Positions 50,150 through 61,592 of a DNA stretch of 64,000 nt are shown here, piece by piece. The position numbers were made by a program, and so were the translations under genes. The first letter of the stretch is position 1. Every line of letters starts with the position of its first letter. The notes under the pieces were generated by a model that made no database searches, was not told where the DNA came from, and saw only the letters and a list, made by a program, of their open reading frames with translations. The stretch covers positions 3,906,001 to 3,970,000 of the forward strand of contig NC_092674.1 in the NCBI RefSeq assembly GCF_964355755.1, in the 5' to 3' direction. Origin of the DNA: Antedon mediterranea (taxonomy: Eukaryota; Animalia; Echinodermata).

Positions 50150-50916
50150 GTTTGACTTTCGTAAAATTAAGAGGCAACTTATACCTTTAAATATCAAAGA
50201 TAATGATGTCCGCACAACTAGTGAACATAAATATTTAGGAGTATGGATAGATGAAAAACTGTCATGGAATGCCAACACTGCCAAAGTCTATGCGAAGGCA
50301 AACCAAAGATTGTACTTCTTAAGGAAATTAAGAAACTTTAAGATTGGCAGAGATGCGCTGTCTCTATTCCATCAGGCTATGATACAGTCCATATTAACAT
50401 TTTGCTGTATTGTATGGCTAAATAGTTTATCTAAGTATAACTCAAATAAATTACAGAGAATAATCAAAATGGCTAAGAAGGTAATAGGTGCAAACGTCCC
50501 ATCTATCCATGATATATGCGATAAGGTTATGAAGAAAAAACTAAAATGTATAATTAACGACCAGTCTCATCCTCTTTTTAACTTTATAAATTTCAGTAGA
50601 TCCGGAAGGATGATTCCTTCAATTAAGAAGACTGAGCGTCATAATAAATCATTTCTTCCGTGTGCAATCAGGCAATACAACAAGCAATTTAAAAGATAAC
50701 TTGAGACGTTTTATATTTTATTCTTTATATAGTATTTTAATATTTATACTGTTCATAATGTTTTATACATAGCATATTTTCTTATATATTATCTTATCCA
50801 TTGTATAGTATTGTATGTTTTTAACTGTTGTTATTTTTATTGTAATTTGAACCTTGGAAGGCAAATTTCATTTACTGTGTATTTGACAATAAATTTGAAC
50901 TTGAACTTGAACTTGA
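50150..50916 (+). mobile_element. LINE 3' fragment (Rex1/Babar-like) with (TTGAAC)n tail
   Basis: KYLGVWIDEKLSW..NT...KANQRLYFLRKLR...IQSILTF...W; AATAAA followed by TTGAAC repeats at ~50888-50916. Confidence 0.88.
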
Positions 50917-51174
50917 GGATAGAATGTTATACCACTTTAGATTGATATTTGGTAGACTTGCTCCAAGTCTGTATTTATTGTCTTTTGTTAGTCCACCAGT
51001 CGGCTATTCCATATATTGTTATAACCTTCTAAAATTTGAAGTGTATAGGCCATACGTTTACAGTATTCGTTTTCTTTCATTCTTAGCTTGTGCAAAATCG
51101 TATATCGGCTATGCCACCTGTATTTTAACAATAGGAATGCGAATTATTCGTTTACGTAAGGCGATTATTACTAA

Positions 51175-51790
51175 GGCCAATTTACACAGACGAGCGGTAA
51201 CGGTAAGCGGTAAAGTTGAGCGGAAAACGCAAAAATAGAATCTATGTTATTTCTTATGACCATTTACACAGAACGCGGAGCGAACGAGCGGTTGAGCGGA
51301 AATCCGCTCAGGATCGAAACAGATTCGATTTTGTGAAAATACCGCGCGGTATTTATGGATTCTGGCCAACCAACGACATGATTGATATGACGTCATCTAT
51401 CAACAACTTTTTTTTGCGTCCGTCGAGTGAAAGACGACAATATATACGAGTGCCGTAGTAGGCCTAGCCTAGTTTGCAACTTCTTTTTATTCAGAAATAC
51501 AAACACCTACGACGTGACTAATGTTCGTATAAGGATAGTGAAAAGAAAATATACATTTTAGTATGTTATTAGGCAACAATTCCCTATAAAACTTAGGTCT
51601 GTGTGTGCTAGGCCTACTGACAGTCATTCACATCCAGGCCAGCAGTGACTGCATTAGCCTCGAGGCCTACACGCACCTACTTTCCACCACTCCGTTCGCG
51701 AACTCCGCGCGCTGTGTAAATGGAAAAAGCCACGCGGTTTTTCGCTTACAATTACCGCTTACCGTTACCGCTCGTCTGTGTAAATTGGCC
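51175..51790. mobile_element. PIF/Harbinger-type MITE
   Basis: 39-bp TIR GGCCAATTTACACAGACGAGCGGTAACGGTAAGCGGTAA; flanks TAA/TTA. Confidence 0.9.
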
Positions 51791-51804
51791 TTATGCTACC
51801 ACGC

Positions 51805-51997
51805 TTTTAGTCGCGTGCAACGCGACTCTACAGCTCACTATGTCGGTCGGTTGGTCGATTGACTGGGGTAATAATGTTCAGGGCATTGAGAGCTTGCTTA
51901 TATGCGCTATATAAGAATGAACTATTATTATTATTATTGGTCGGTCGGTAAACACTAACTTGAGCACGCGACTGCAGCCATGTATTATGGCCTTGTT
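51805..51997 (+). mobile_element. Helentron-associated (HINE/DINE-1-like) short element
   Basis: Sub-terminal inverted repeat AGTCGCGTG / CACGCGACT, GTCG repeats, 3' hairpin then TTGTT, T-rich ends. Confidence 0.7.
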
Positions 51998-53104
51998 ATT
52001 CTAGGCACATGCTAACCCTGAACGTCTCTACACAAGTTCCCAAGTTATACACAAGGTTTGAACGTAGTATTGATTAATTCATTATTCTAGTAATCCGCAG
52101 GATAATTACCAGCTTATCGTTGGTACAGAATCTACCCTTTGGCGCCTATCATAATTTGTTTACTCTGGATTTCCTAAATTGTAATCAAAAAGTATGTAAA
52201 TGCATTTTAATGTTACCTTGCAGTGCTTACATCACTTTACATGAGGGATACTGTACATACAATTCACATTGCATCATCGTATTCGGGATTGTCAACGTTG
52301 TGGACCACCTGAGTCTGCTAATTTAGTTTATTGATCAATGTAAGAAAACGTTGCATGCCTTAACATTTGTCCGCGTATAGCTTATGTTAGTTTGATTTTT
52401 GTGTATCCAATCAAAGTTAACTTTTGTAATAAAAGTCCTACATAAGTGTTAATGTATATACAGTATAAGCCCATGGAGTAATTTATCATTCTTCCATAAG
52501 CTTTCTGTAAAGATAATAAAAGCGTCAAATTTTGTATCTTATAGGCCTATTTGTTTTGTATATTACAGTACTGTAATATACGGCTACTACCCGGTAATCA
52601 TAATTATGGTGCAACAAACAATTAAAATCGACACACAAAGCGCTCCAAATAGGCAAATTTGTTTTTTTTATATTTTTGTATGCCTGTTATGCCAATGTTG
52701 TAAAAGTGAAGTATCCAATAAATTATTATTATTATTATTATTATACGCCTATGAGGGCCTATATCATCGGTTTTGGAATGCCATCACCAGATTATTAAAT
52801 TATATATTTTGAATAGCCCGTCGATAAACAACTTCCCTTCTTGTAGACATAAAAACAAAATGTGACTCCTTTAATTCACAACCAAACAGGAAAATGGCCC
52901 CGTTACTAGCTATATATTTTGAACACTCATGTTTTATCATGACTATAATGTCAGTTCATCAAATTGACAAAATTATTTACAATTTTGCAAAATAAAATAA
53001 ATAATTATATTTATATACAGTTAACACAAATTATTGTTCGTGTACTACAGACCCAGTAAAATATTCAATTATAACTCTAATATCAAGATTTATTATTATC
53101 TTAC

Positions 53105-53310
53105 CTTCTTTTTATAGTCCAACAATGAAACAAACAAGATGGCGGCGTTCGATAGCTTGTTGAATATTATAAGCTTACAAGCATACAGATAATAATATCT
53201 CTATGTTACAAGGTACAACGGCGCCAAATTTATTTCCTGGGGAAATAACCTATAACGGTTTATTGTCACAAAACAAAAAATGGCAATAAACGATCGTGCG
53301 GAATCGGGTT
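53105..53310 (-). promoter_or_regulatory. Putative non-coding first exon / promoter of gene D
   Basis: GCCGCCATCTT (53146-53136) and AAG|GTAAG donor at 53104; paralogous to 17420-17630. The next family acceptor downstream is 34273. Confidence 0.5.
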
Positions 53311-53544
53311 TGGTTATCAATAACACAGGGCAGGAGCTATTCGATGAATATTTGAATGTTTGTAGTTAAACTGTATCAATGAACAAGAGCTATATCTTTA
53401 TGGAACAACGAGTTGTTGGGTGAATGTTTGATTATGGCTTTGTGTTATGAGAATTGTATTCCCAGCATGCCACACAAAATGTTGGTGACGAAACAAGCAA
53501 AACAAATCAATACACAATACCGGTTTTATAGTTAATGTACTATG

Positions 53545-54370
53545 AACAAGGCCAACAGCCATTAAGTCGCGTGCTACAATGCATAGTGATACCGGACCGA
53601 CAGACAAACAGACCGACAGACAGACAGACCGACAGACAGACGGACCGACCGACATAGTGAACTATACTGACCGAAATTACTGAACATGTTTAAAAATGTT
53701 GAAATGTTTAAAAACATTTATATTTTTTTAATTTACACGTGCGTAGCCTGTCACTTTTGACGTGCTCGTATAACGTAATTTCGAGTTGAAAATTAATTCA
53801 AGAAAACAGAAATCGGACAAAAAGAGTGCGCAATAACATTTAACGCGCACTGCGCGCGCAAAAATCTGCGCACTCATGGCAGTTTTGTAAACGCTTAAAA
53901 TTGCCTGAAATGTACTCTTATTTCATCGAAAATAAATTTTGAAAATTTTAAGCGCGCGTACGCATGCGTTACATGCGCTACGCACGTAATTGTATTGCCA
54001 TATGATGATTTATGCCCTGAAATTTATGAGTACCAAATTTTATTTAATTGTGATTCATGGTTGTTAAGATATGATTACAAACGTGATTTCGTTAAATCGT
54101 GCGTAGACCGCGTAATTTTTTATTGCGCACCGTGAAAACATAACCACATTGATTCCTGGCCATAAGGAATATTCTGTGAAAAATTGACTTAGCTAGATTA
54201 AACTGATATCAAGATAAGGTCATAAAGCGATAAAACGCATAGTGATACCGGACCGACAGACAGACAGACAGACAGACCGACAGACAGACCGACAGACAGA
54301 CCGACAGACAGACAGACAGACCGACCGACCGACATAGTGAACTATAGAGTCGCTTCCACGCGACTAAAAA
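53545..54370 (-). mobile_element. Helentron-associated (HINE/DINE-1-like) element with two (GACA/GACC)n blocks
   Basis: Minus strand TTTTTAGTCGCGTGGAAGCGACT ... (GTCT/GTCG)n ... CACGCGACTTAATGGCTGTTGGCCTTGTT; internal duplication ~53580-53665 / ~54237-54346. Confidence 0.78.
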
Positions 54371-54946
54371 CATGAAAATCATGAACTGTTTTAAAAGATC
54401 CGGCTAATGATTCGTGAGTGATGTTTTTGCTGTCTTCTCCTCTGGAATGAATGAATAACTGATTATTAACTACCCCCTTTAAACATTTTTATCAGCATCA
54501 TATTCAATTTCTCTTATGGTTTTCTTTTTTCCTGACGCTTCGGGACTAAATGAAGCTTCCCTGTTGGTATCTAGAATTTCGAAGCTATTTGTTTTAAAGA
54601 AATAACTTTTAAATTAACAGATTGAAATGATGAATTGCATTAATAAGGAAGAATAAGTATGAATAATTGTAAGCATGCATAAGGTCAATATAAAACAGCT
54701 ATGCATGGACTGTACTCCTTTTGCCTTTGTGACCCCGCCCTGCCTACGCCCATGTAATTAAATAAGTATGCCCATAATGAGTGTGTTATTGCACTATAAA
54801 TAAAATAAATTAATGATAGTAAACATAACGAACGAACAATTTTATCAGTATTTATATACGGTTTTTATATTTAATGTTCTATTCGAAAGAGATTTATTAA
54901 ATAATAATAAACTAGATATAAAATGAAATATAAACAATGGTCATAT

Positions 54947-54969
54947 CAGGGAGGTATTATACCTCCCTG
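54947..54969. other. 23-bp palindrome with 7-bp TSD (P/Galileo-like footprint); relatives at 3518, 9210, 17693, 22536, 28804, 53182, 55891 and 62768
   Basis: GTCATAT|CAGGGAGGTATTATACCTCCCTG|GTCATAT. Confidence 0.75.
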
Positions 54970-55599
54970 GTCATATGCCAAGTTTGAGATTGCTACTGGC
55001 TCCTCCTATTAGTATTATCTTAGGTTCTTCTTAATTGTCTTTAGCCGTTCTAGTACAAACTACCATCACTCCTTACTTCAAACATTATATCAATTTTATT
55101 TTAGTTCTTTAGTTTATATTCAAACATAAAAATAGCTCCCGTTACATAATTTGGATGCGCCTACAACTATTGGAGATAGCGACTAAAATCGTTTTCCTGG
55201 GAAACTACACGATTCTATTAATAACCCATCGGGCTGTTCAGTGAATTAAACAATTACAATAGAACTGCAGCAGTTGGTTTTTCTTTCTTCCTTTCTTTTA
55301 ATAAGTTATTCTCCATGAGCATATCTATTGTGTCCGCTGCTATACATTACAATCCAAACAAGAATGTATGTGGACGTTAATAATCATTTTGTATTTGCTG
55401 AATATTTGAGTGTTTTGAACCGTGTAAATAACCTGAACAATGTACAATCTTCTAGTTGTATAGGCTAGTAGCTAGGGAATCATGTCCTTTCTGACTGAAC
55501 GCCATCTTGTTTAAGCATTTAATTTTAAAAAATCACAAAAATCATGAAAATGTTGATAGTAAGTACATTGACGCAGATTTTGATTTTTTGAGTGATGGG

Positions 55600-57010
55600 A
55601 TATAAAATATGAAACAATAGACTATATAATAAATAACATAATAAAAGACAGTCATAAGTCATCAGTCATAACATATTTATTTCTACAGCATGAATAGGCC
55701 TATATGTCAGTTAATGTAATCTTTACATTTTACAATTATTAATTCATTTTTTTGTAATCCCAAAAGAACTCGTTTGACAGGGTAACATGTACTAAAACAC
55801 ATATTGCACTGATATAACAAAACAACCACAAACTATTAATGATCTGGTGTACTAGGCTAAGAAGGAGTCTTATCCTAGTATACATCAGATCATGGAGATT
55901 TTTATACCTCCATGATCAGATCAAATGAGTTTGGCAAGAAAAGTTTTCCACATTTTACTGGACCAACTGAAAACAATTTGCAGAACTCGGCGAATCAAAT
56001 AAGATAGTCATGACGTGGTCCAGGAGAAGGACACAATGACAGCTTTAAGTAACTAGTGTAGAGTATAGAGTTTGATAAAATTTGCTTATGTAGACTACAA
56101 TAACCCTCTCTTTTGTCACCCTTAAATACCAGTGCTAAGAGGAATTTGATCTGGATGTCTTGGTGCCCATTCTTTTACCCATGGCTTAAATCATGGAGCT
56201 ATTTAGCACCATGCTTAAATCCCGTTAAATAATCTTAGTGCTTATTCATACCAAGGCTTAATGAAATGCTAATACCATAAGTTATCAATTCTGATAATTA
56301 TTATACTTAATCAAAATCAAAACATCAAGATCACTTGTCATAGTAACAACAATTACTGTAAATATTGGATATATGTATAGGATATTTTTACTTGATGTTA
56401 TATAATGGCGAACTGAGCACTGTGGCGCAGTGGTTAGAGCATTAGACTTGCAACCAAGATGTTGCCGGTTCAAGCCCGGCCGGTCACTGCAGTGTTGAGT
56501 CCTTAGAAAGGTTCTTTATCCACATTGTTCCTCCCCACCCAGGTGATAGAAATGGTTCCCGGTATGTAAAAAGTACTGGGAAGGTAAATCAGACTCGTTG
56601 GTGCGGGAGGAGTGGCGTACCCCGCACAAACATACACACTTAGTGGAGTCTGGCCCAAACGCTAGAAATGGAGATGGGCACCACGGCCGTTAGCATTAGC
56701 TTAGGTTTCGACTTTACCTTTATCTAATAATGGCTTACATTAAATGAAGAAACAAAAACATAAAAATATGAAAGATCTAGGACACGGTCATCATATAAAT
56801 GGCTTAAAAAGAATTTGTTTTAGAAAAATAATATACAACTGAATGATAATAATAAAGACTGAAACAGATATTCAGTTAATTCAATATTTACTAATTTTTT
56901 TTTTCAATTGTCTATATTCATTATTATTAAACTGCACAATATTATTGATATTCAATCTAAGAATCCAACAAGATGGCGCTGTACGCGTTACATTACATAA
57001 ACTATTTTAT
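55600..57010. repeat. Non-coding block paralogous to ~24425-25010
   Basis: Shared CTAGGCTAAGAAGGAGTCTTATCCTAGT and GAATCCAACAAGATGGCGCTGTACG; this copy has extra insertions (SINE, footprint). Confidence 0.8.
56415..56722 (+). mobile_element. tRNA-derived SINE with CORE-like central domain and LINE-type tail
   Basis: A box TGGCGCAGTGG, B box GGTTCAAGCCC, central GTCCTTAG.AAGG..CTTTA...CCACCCAGGTG..AAATGG, tail GGAGATGGGCACC...ACTTTACCTTTA. Confidence 0.85.
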
Positions 57011-57065
57011 TCAGTGGCGGATCTAGCGCGCGGGGGGGGGGGGGGCGTATGGGTCACTCCCTGTG

Positions 57066-57480
57066 ACAATGTCTAATCTATTAAGACATCATACAAAATC
57101 ACACAAGTACAATTTACGTATCGACAATAAATTTCAGCATCTTGATGTACCTCCTTTTAGACTGAAAATTTCCGAATATTTTATTTCTGTTTCAGGACCG
57201 CGAATCTGGAATGATCTTGATGATAAACTAAAGCATTTTAAATCTCTTTATACTTTTCGTAAAAATTTTAAAAAATATCTTATTTCTTTATACTAATTTT
57301 AATATTATTATGATTGTAGTACACTGAAAGTATCTATTTTTATTTCATCGTTTTTGTTTTTATTTATTATTTTATGTAGTAAATTGTATTAGTTTAAATG
57401 TATGTGTATTGTTTCTGGGGTCTTTCTCGAGACAAGAAACTTGATTTCTTCTAGAGAAGACACCAAATAATGGCTTATTA
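57066..57480 (+). mobile_element. LINE 3' end fragment
   Basis: HKYNLR...ISVSGPRIWNDL...FRKNFKKYL followed by an AT-rich UTR. Confidence 0.72.
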
Positions 57481-57620
57481 CTATGTTTTCATTTATGAAT
57501 CCAAAGGCAAATTACTGAAAAAATGACAATGCTGTGGGTATCAGTGGCTGGATCTCAATGGAGATACAAAAATAAAAAGCGAAAAGCTAAATCAAAACGA
57601 TAAAGTAAACAGCCAGAAAA

Positions 57621-57664
57621 CTTAGCAGAGCTTTTGGGCAAAACTAGCCCTTCATCAGGGCAAG
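57621..57664 (-). ncRNA. Degenerate minimal hammerhead ribozyme motif of a Penelope-like repeat
   Basis: CTTGCC CTGATGA A GGGC-TAGTTTT-GCCC AAAA GCTC TGCTAAG. Core CUGAUGA and helix II are intact; GAAA is mutated to AAAA here but intact in the 19439 copy. Confidence 0.55.
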
Positions 57665-59057
57665 TGAAGGAATTTGGATAATGTCATACACACCTATAAT
57701 TATATTATACTGTATAATGCCATTGTTGAATAAATAAATGTTTTTTGAATTTGAATTTTTGAAAGTACAATAAAAACAAAGGCTAGGACTCAGGGGCGGT
57801 CGCAGGACTATTACTGAGTATTTGAACCACAGGCAAAGCAAATTGTTAAAAGACACCCCCTGATGGCCGCAAATGGTACTCTCGCACATAAAATTCATGA
57901 TAAATTGCGCCTCTAGTTCGCCGGAAATGTCACTCACTCTATAGTGCGCTAGCAAACAGAGGATTGTAGCCTATAACATACGCGACTAACAATATAGGAT
58001 AACGTCACGGGGAATTAGTAAATCAGTAAATTACCAATGGTTTATTCAAATTCAACACTGTAACTAATCCCTCGCTATTCAATTAAAATTGTATTATTAC
58101 TACTATATTGTTGAAAATGGATTGCGTGATATGAAAATGAATTGATAGTAAAACGTAACAAAGATACGTTCTTGTCTGGTTATTAGGTATTCATGCTCTG
58201 ATGAAGCGGAAGCGGAGGATTAATTTTGTAGCGTTCCATTTAAAATAAATTTTGTTACAAAGAAATATTTTGGTTGTGGAGGTCGTTAAATTCGTTGGCG
58301 CCAGCATTGCTTCTTTTACAAATTTTAACAGTTAAGCTAACAACAAAACTCTGTAACTACTTTAAGTCTATCAAGATCCGGTTCTTGCAAAGAACTATAC
58401 ATTCATTTCAATATTCCAATATTCATTTCGTAGCAACAACTGCGCACCTCTCTTTGAGGTCAGTCAACTTTAATATCACGATCACATGCCGCTATTGACT
58501 TTGGCCGTGACGTTACAAAAGCTGTTCCACAGTTAGTGCAGGTCTTTCTGTACTGTAGACAATAGGATATTACTGAAGTCTATATTTATTCACTCAAAAT
58601 TACACAGATACTATTTTAGAAAAACACACAGGATTCTCGATATAAATGTATATATTACCAATACCTTACCTGTTATAGACCTTTTGAAGAAATTGTATTA
58701 TTTGGTGCCAATCATTGAGTTCATTAAAACACACACACTTACAAACACTATCAAAATCCAGGCACAACACCAAAACAAGAGACACTTTTTTTTGACACAA
58801 GAATCATAAAGATGAACGCACTATAACAACCCGGGATAACAACAACATGTTATAGACAGGCTACTATAAAATAGTTTCAAACAATCATATGACAAACACA
58901 TTAACACATCCAAGAGAGAGGGCAGTCAATATGAGTACTAACTCACTTGCCTCCTGATTTACGTAAAGGTAAGAAATTACAAAACACGGTACTACCTATA
59001 AAACATTTTTTTTTATACAGCAACACAATAGCGATAAGACGGAAGTTGCCTTAATTA

Positions 59058-59267
59058 ATCCTGTTTCCTGTCGACGTTATTCGACGCTATCGTCCGTCGT
59101 CTTTGATCGTTAACAGTTCAACGACGATCGTTTGAAAACGATCAAGTTGAAATGATAACGATACCGAGTACCTTTTTCTGTAAATCGTTAACATTTCAAT
59201 GTTTACGTAGAAGATCGCCGATTATTGTTAACGATAGCGTCGAATAACGTCGACAGGAAAACAGGCT
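59058..59267. mobile_element. Harbinger-like MITE
   Basis: CCTGTTTCCTGTCGACGTTATTCGACGCTATCG / CGATAGCGTCGAATAACGTCGACAGGAAAACAGG; a related end starts at 63812 and runs off the window. Confidence 0.8.
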
Positions 59268-61236
59268 TTAAGATACCGGAATTACTTGTATGCAATTGAC
59301 ACGCAGTAATTTGAAGGCAATTCCGTTTGAATCGTGTTTGTAGTTTGTTGACGCGCGCGTGTTGTGTTTAAAATGTTACTTGTAATACTAATTGCAGATT
59401 CATTTGGACCTTCCCATAATGCATTGGTGCGTGGAGTTTCATTCATCATTATATCATACTGTATTGCTATACAGTAGTCTTTTTTTTGTTATCACGTGAC
59501 ATACAATTTCCAGAATTCATTTTCATTTGAATCCACTATATAAACTGTACAACCACACTCCAGAAAAGAAAATATGGGCTAGGGTACTACGAATGATGGG
59601 GAATCCCCGGCAAAATGTAATGATTATTCAGGGCCGTAGCCAGGATCTGTCAAGGGGGGTTCGGACACTAAGTATTTGGGTCACTGTCCCACTGTCACTG
59701 TGTTTCCCTTGTGGCCCGGGCAACAGCCTTAATTTCATACTAAATGTTGTTTCTGCCACTAAATTGAAATTGAGTTCCATTTCATCGTATACCATCCGGA
59801 CACGGAACTTGATAGGCTTAGTCATAAAGTAGTTACAGAGTTGCAGGGCATTTTATCATTGTTGAATGTTTTGATATTAGCCTAATTGTTAAAACGACCT
59901 TCACAACCAAAATATTTCTTTGTAATAAAATCTATTTTAAATGGAACGCTACAAAAATAATCCTCTGCTTTATCAGAGCATGCATACCTAATAACCAGAC
60001 AAGAACGTGTCTTTATTACATTTTACTATCAATCTATTTTCAAGTCACGCAATCCATTTTTCAACAATATAGTAGTATAATAACATTTTTATTTCATCTC
60101 TGGCTTGTTACATTTTTCATGACACATTACCGGACTTCCCCCTCCTCTCGCAATGAACGACAGTACAGATCCTCCCTATCTAGGCTCGTGTATGTAGAAT
60201 ACTACTACGTTATTCACAAATTACACACGCATAGCAGTGTTACTAGAACCATCACAGATTACCTCTAATGGATCAATCATTCACACATGATTTAAAAAAT
60301 TCATCGACAAACGAAATATAGCCTATATTTATTCCTTTTAAATATTAGGCATATTGCCAAGGCTAATAATCGATTTGTCCATAATTATTGCGTTTTGCCG
60401 GGGGTTTTCCATATTCTAAGGCCAATTTTTAGGCCAAATCATAATTGTGCGTATAGTGTTGTATTTCCGATGCGTGTAGTACCCTATTTATCTTCATTTC
60501 CGTACGTTCGTCGTAAATAGGCCGAATTTCCGTAGTAATTTATAGACGTTCCAAAATTTGAACCGTGTTATACCGGTAACAGAGCAAAGTTTGCTTCTTT
60601 CTGCAAATTTCCTATCATTATTTTCTTTGTTTTATTTGGAGTGTGGTTTAAAACAACACTTTTGTAAAGTTTATAGTGGATAAATGAAAATGAATTTTTG
60701 GAAAATGTGGTTTTAACATCTGACTTTATTTAGCATTTTTAATTGAATTAAAATTCCAAATTATACAATTTAACCTTTTGCTCAATATATTTATAGCAAC
60801 TGCTTCATATTTTTTGTACAACTTTTTAAAATTATTAATTGATAATTAATTTACATTAATTGAGTACAGTTATTAGAATGTATTACCGTACCAAAAGTAC
60901 CTTAATCGGAGACTTCCCCGCGACGTTTGCATTGAACGAAAGAAAAATTATCATAAATTTACGTGCGAGAGTACTATTTGCGGCCATCTAGGGGTGTCAT
61001 TTAACAATTTGCTTGCTCAAATACTCAGTGTCTACAGCCCTGGGTTGGCATTTATCAATATTTGCTTATATTTTTGCTTAAGCTGAAATATTTAAGAAGT
61101 GCTTAAGCAAATAACTTAATCTTATTTATCAAACCGTCTTAGCAATGTCTTAGCAGAACAAGCACGAATGTGCAATACTCGGGGTACAGCGAAAGAAGCT
61201 GTATACAGACGTATACAGTTAGAAAGTAAAGAAAAT

Positions 61237-61308
61237 AGGTTTCGCCAGGGCTCGAACCGGGACCTTCTGCGTGTTAAGCAGACTTGACAACCACTACACT
61301 ACGAAACC
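61237..61308 (-). tRNA. tRNA-Val(AAC)-like gene, probably a pseudogene
   Basis: GGTTTCG TAGTGTAGTGG TTGTCAAG TCTGC-TTAACAC-GCAGA AGGTCCCGGTTCGAGCCCTGG CGAAACC. Perfect acceptor and anticodon stems, mismatches in the D and T arms; TTTT downstream. Confidence 0.75.
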
Positions 61309-61519
61309 TCTTACATTAAAAATGTGGGTTACAGAAAGTTTTTTAATCCATTTAAATTACAAATAAATGGTAATAAGCACAAAGCAAAATAAACATGTGT
61401 AAAAGTGATAATTACCGATTACACAAAATAAGTATTTTAAAAAATAATAAAAATAAGATATACTCTGTATAATTATCATATTGCGTATACAGTACTTTTC
61501 ACCATAAAGTTAAAAAAAA

Positions 61520-61592
61520 AGGTTTCGTCCGGGCTCGAACCAGGTACCTTCTGCGTGTTAAGCAAACGTGATAACCACTACGCCAAGAATCC
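61520..61592 (-). tRNA. Second tRNA-Val(AAC)-like copy, probably a pseudogene
   Basis: GGATTCT TGGCGTAGTGG TTATCACG TTTGC-TTAACAC-GCAGA AGGTACCTGGTTCGAGCCCGGA CGAAACC followed by a T-run; acceptor-stem mismatches. Confidence 0.7.

Noticed and set aside
56415-56487. tRNA-Cys(GCA) gene
   Set aside because: Poor acceptor and anticodon stems and continues into a SINE body and tail; treated as a SINE head.
57644-57955. 103-aa ORF as a Penelope GIY-YIG C-terminus next to the hammerhead motif
   Set aside because: Most of it lies in the inverted arm of the 57791-62604 element, so it is a chance ORF across a junction.
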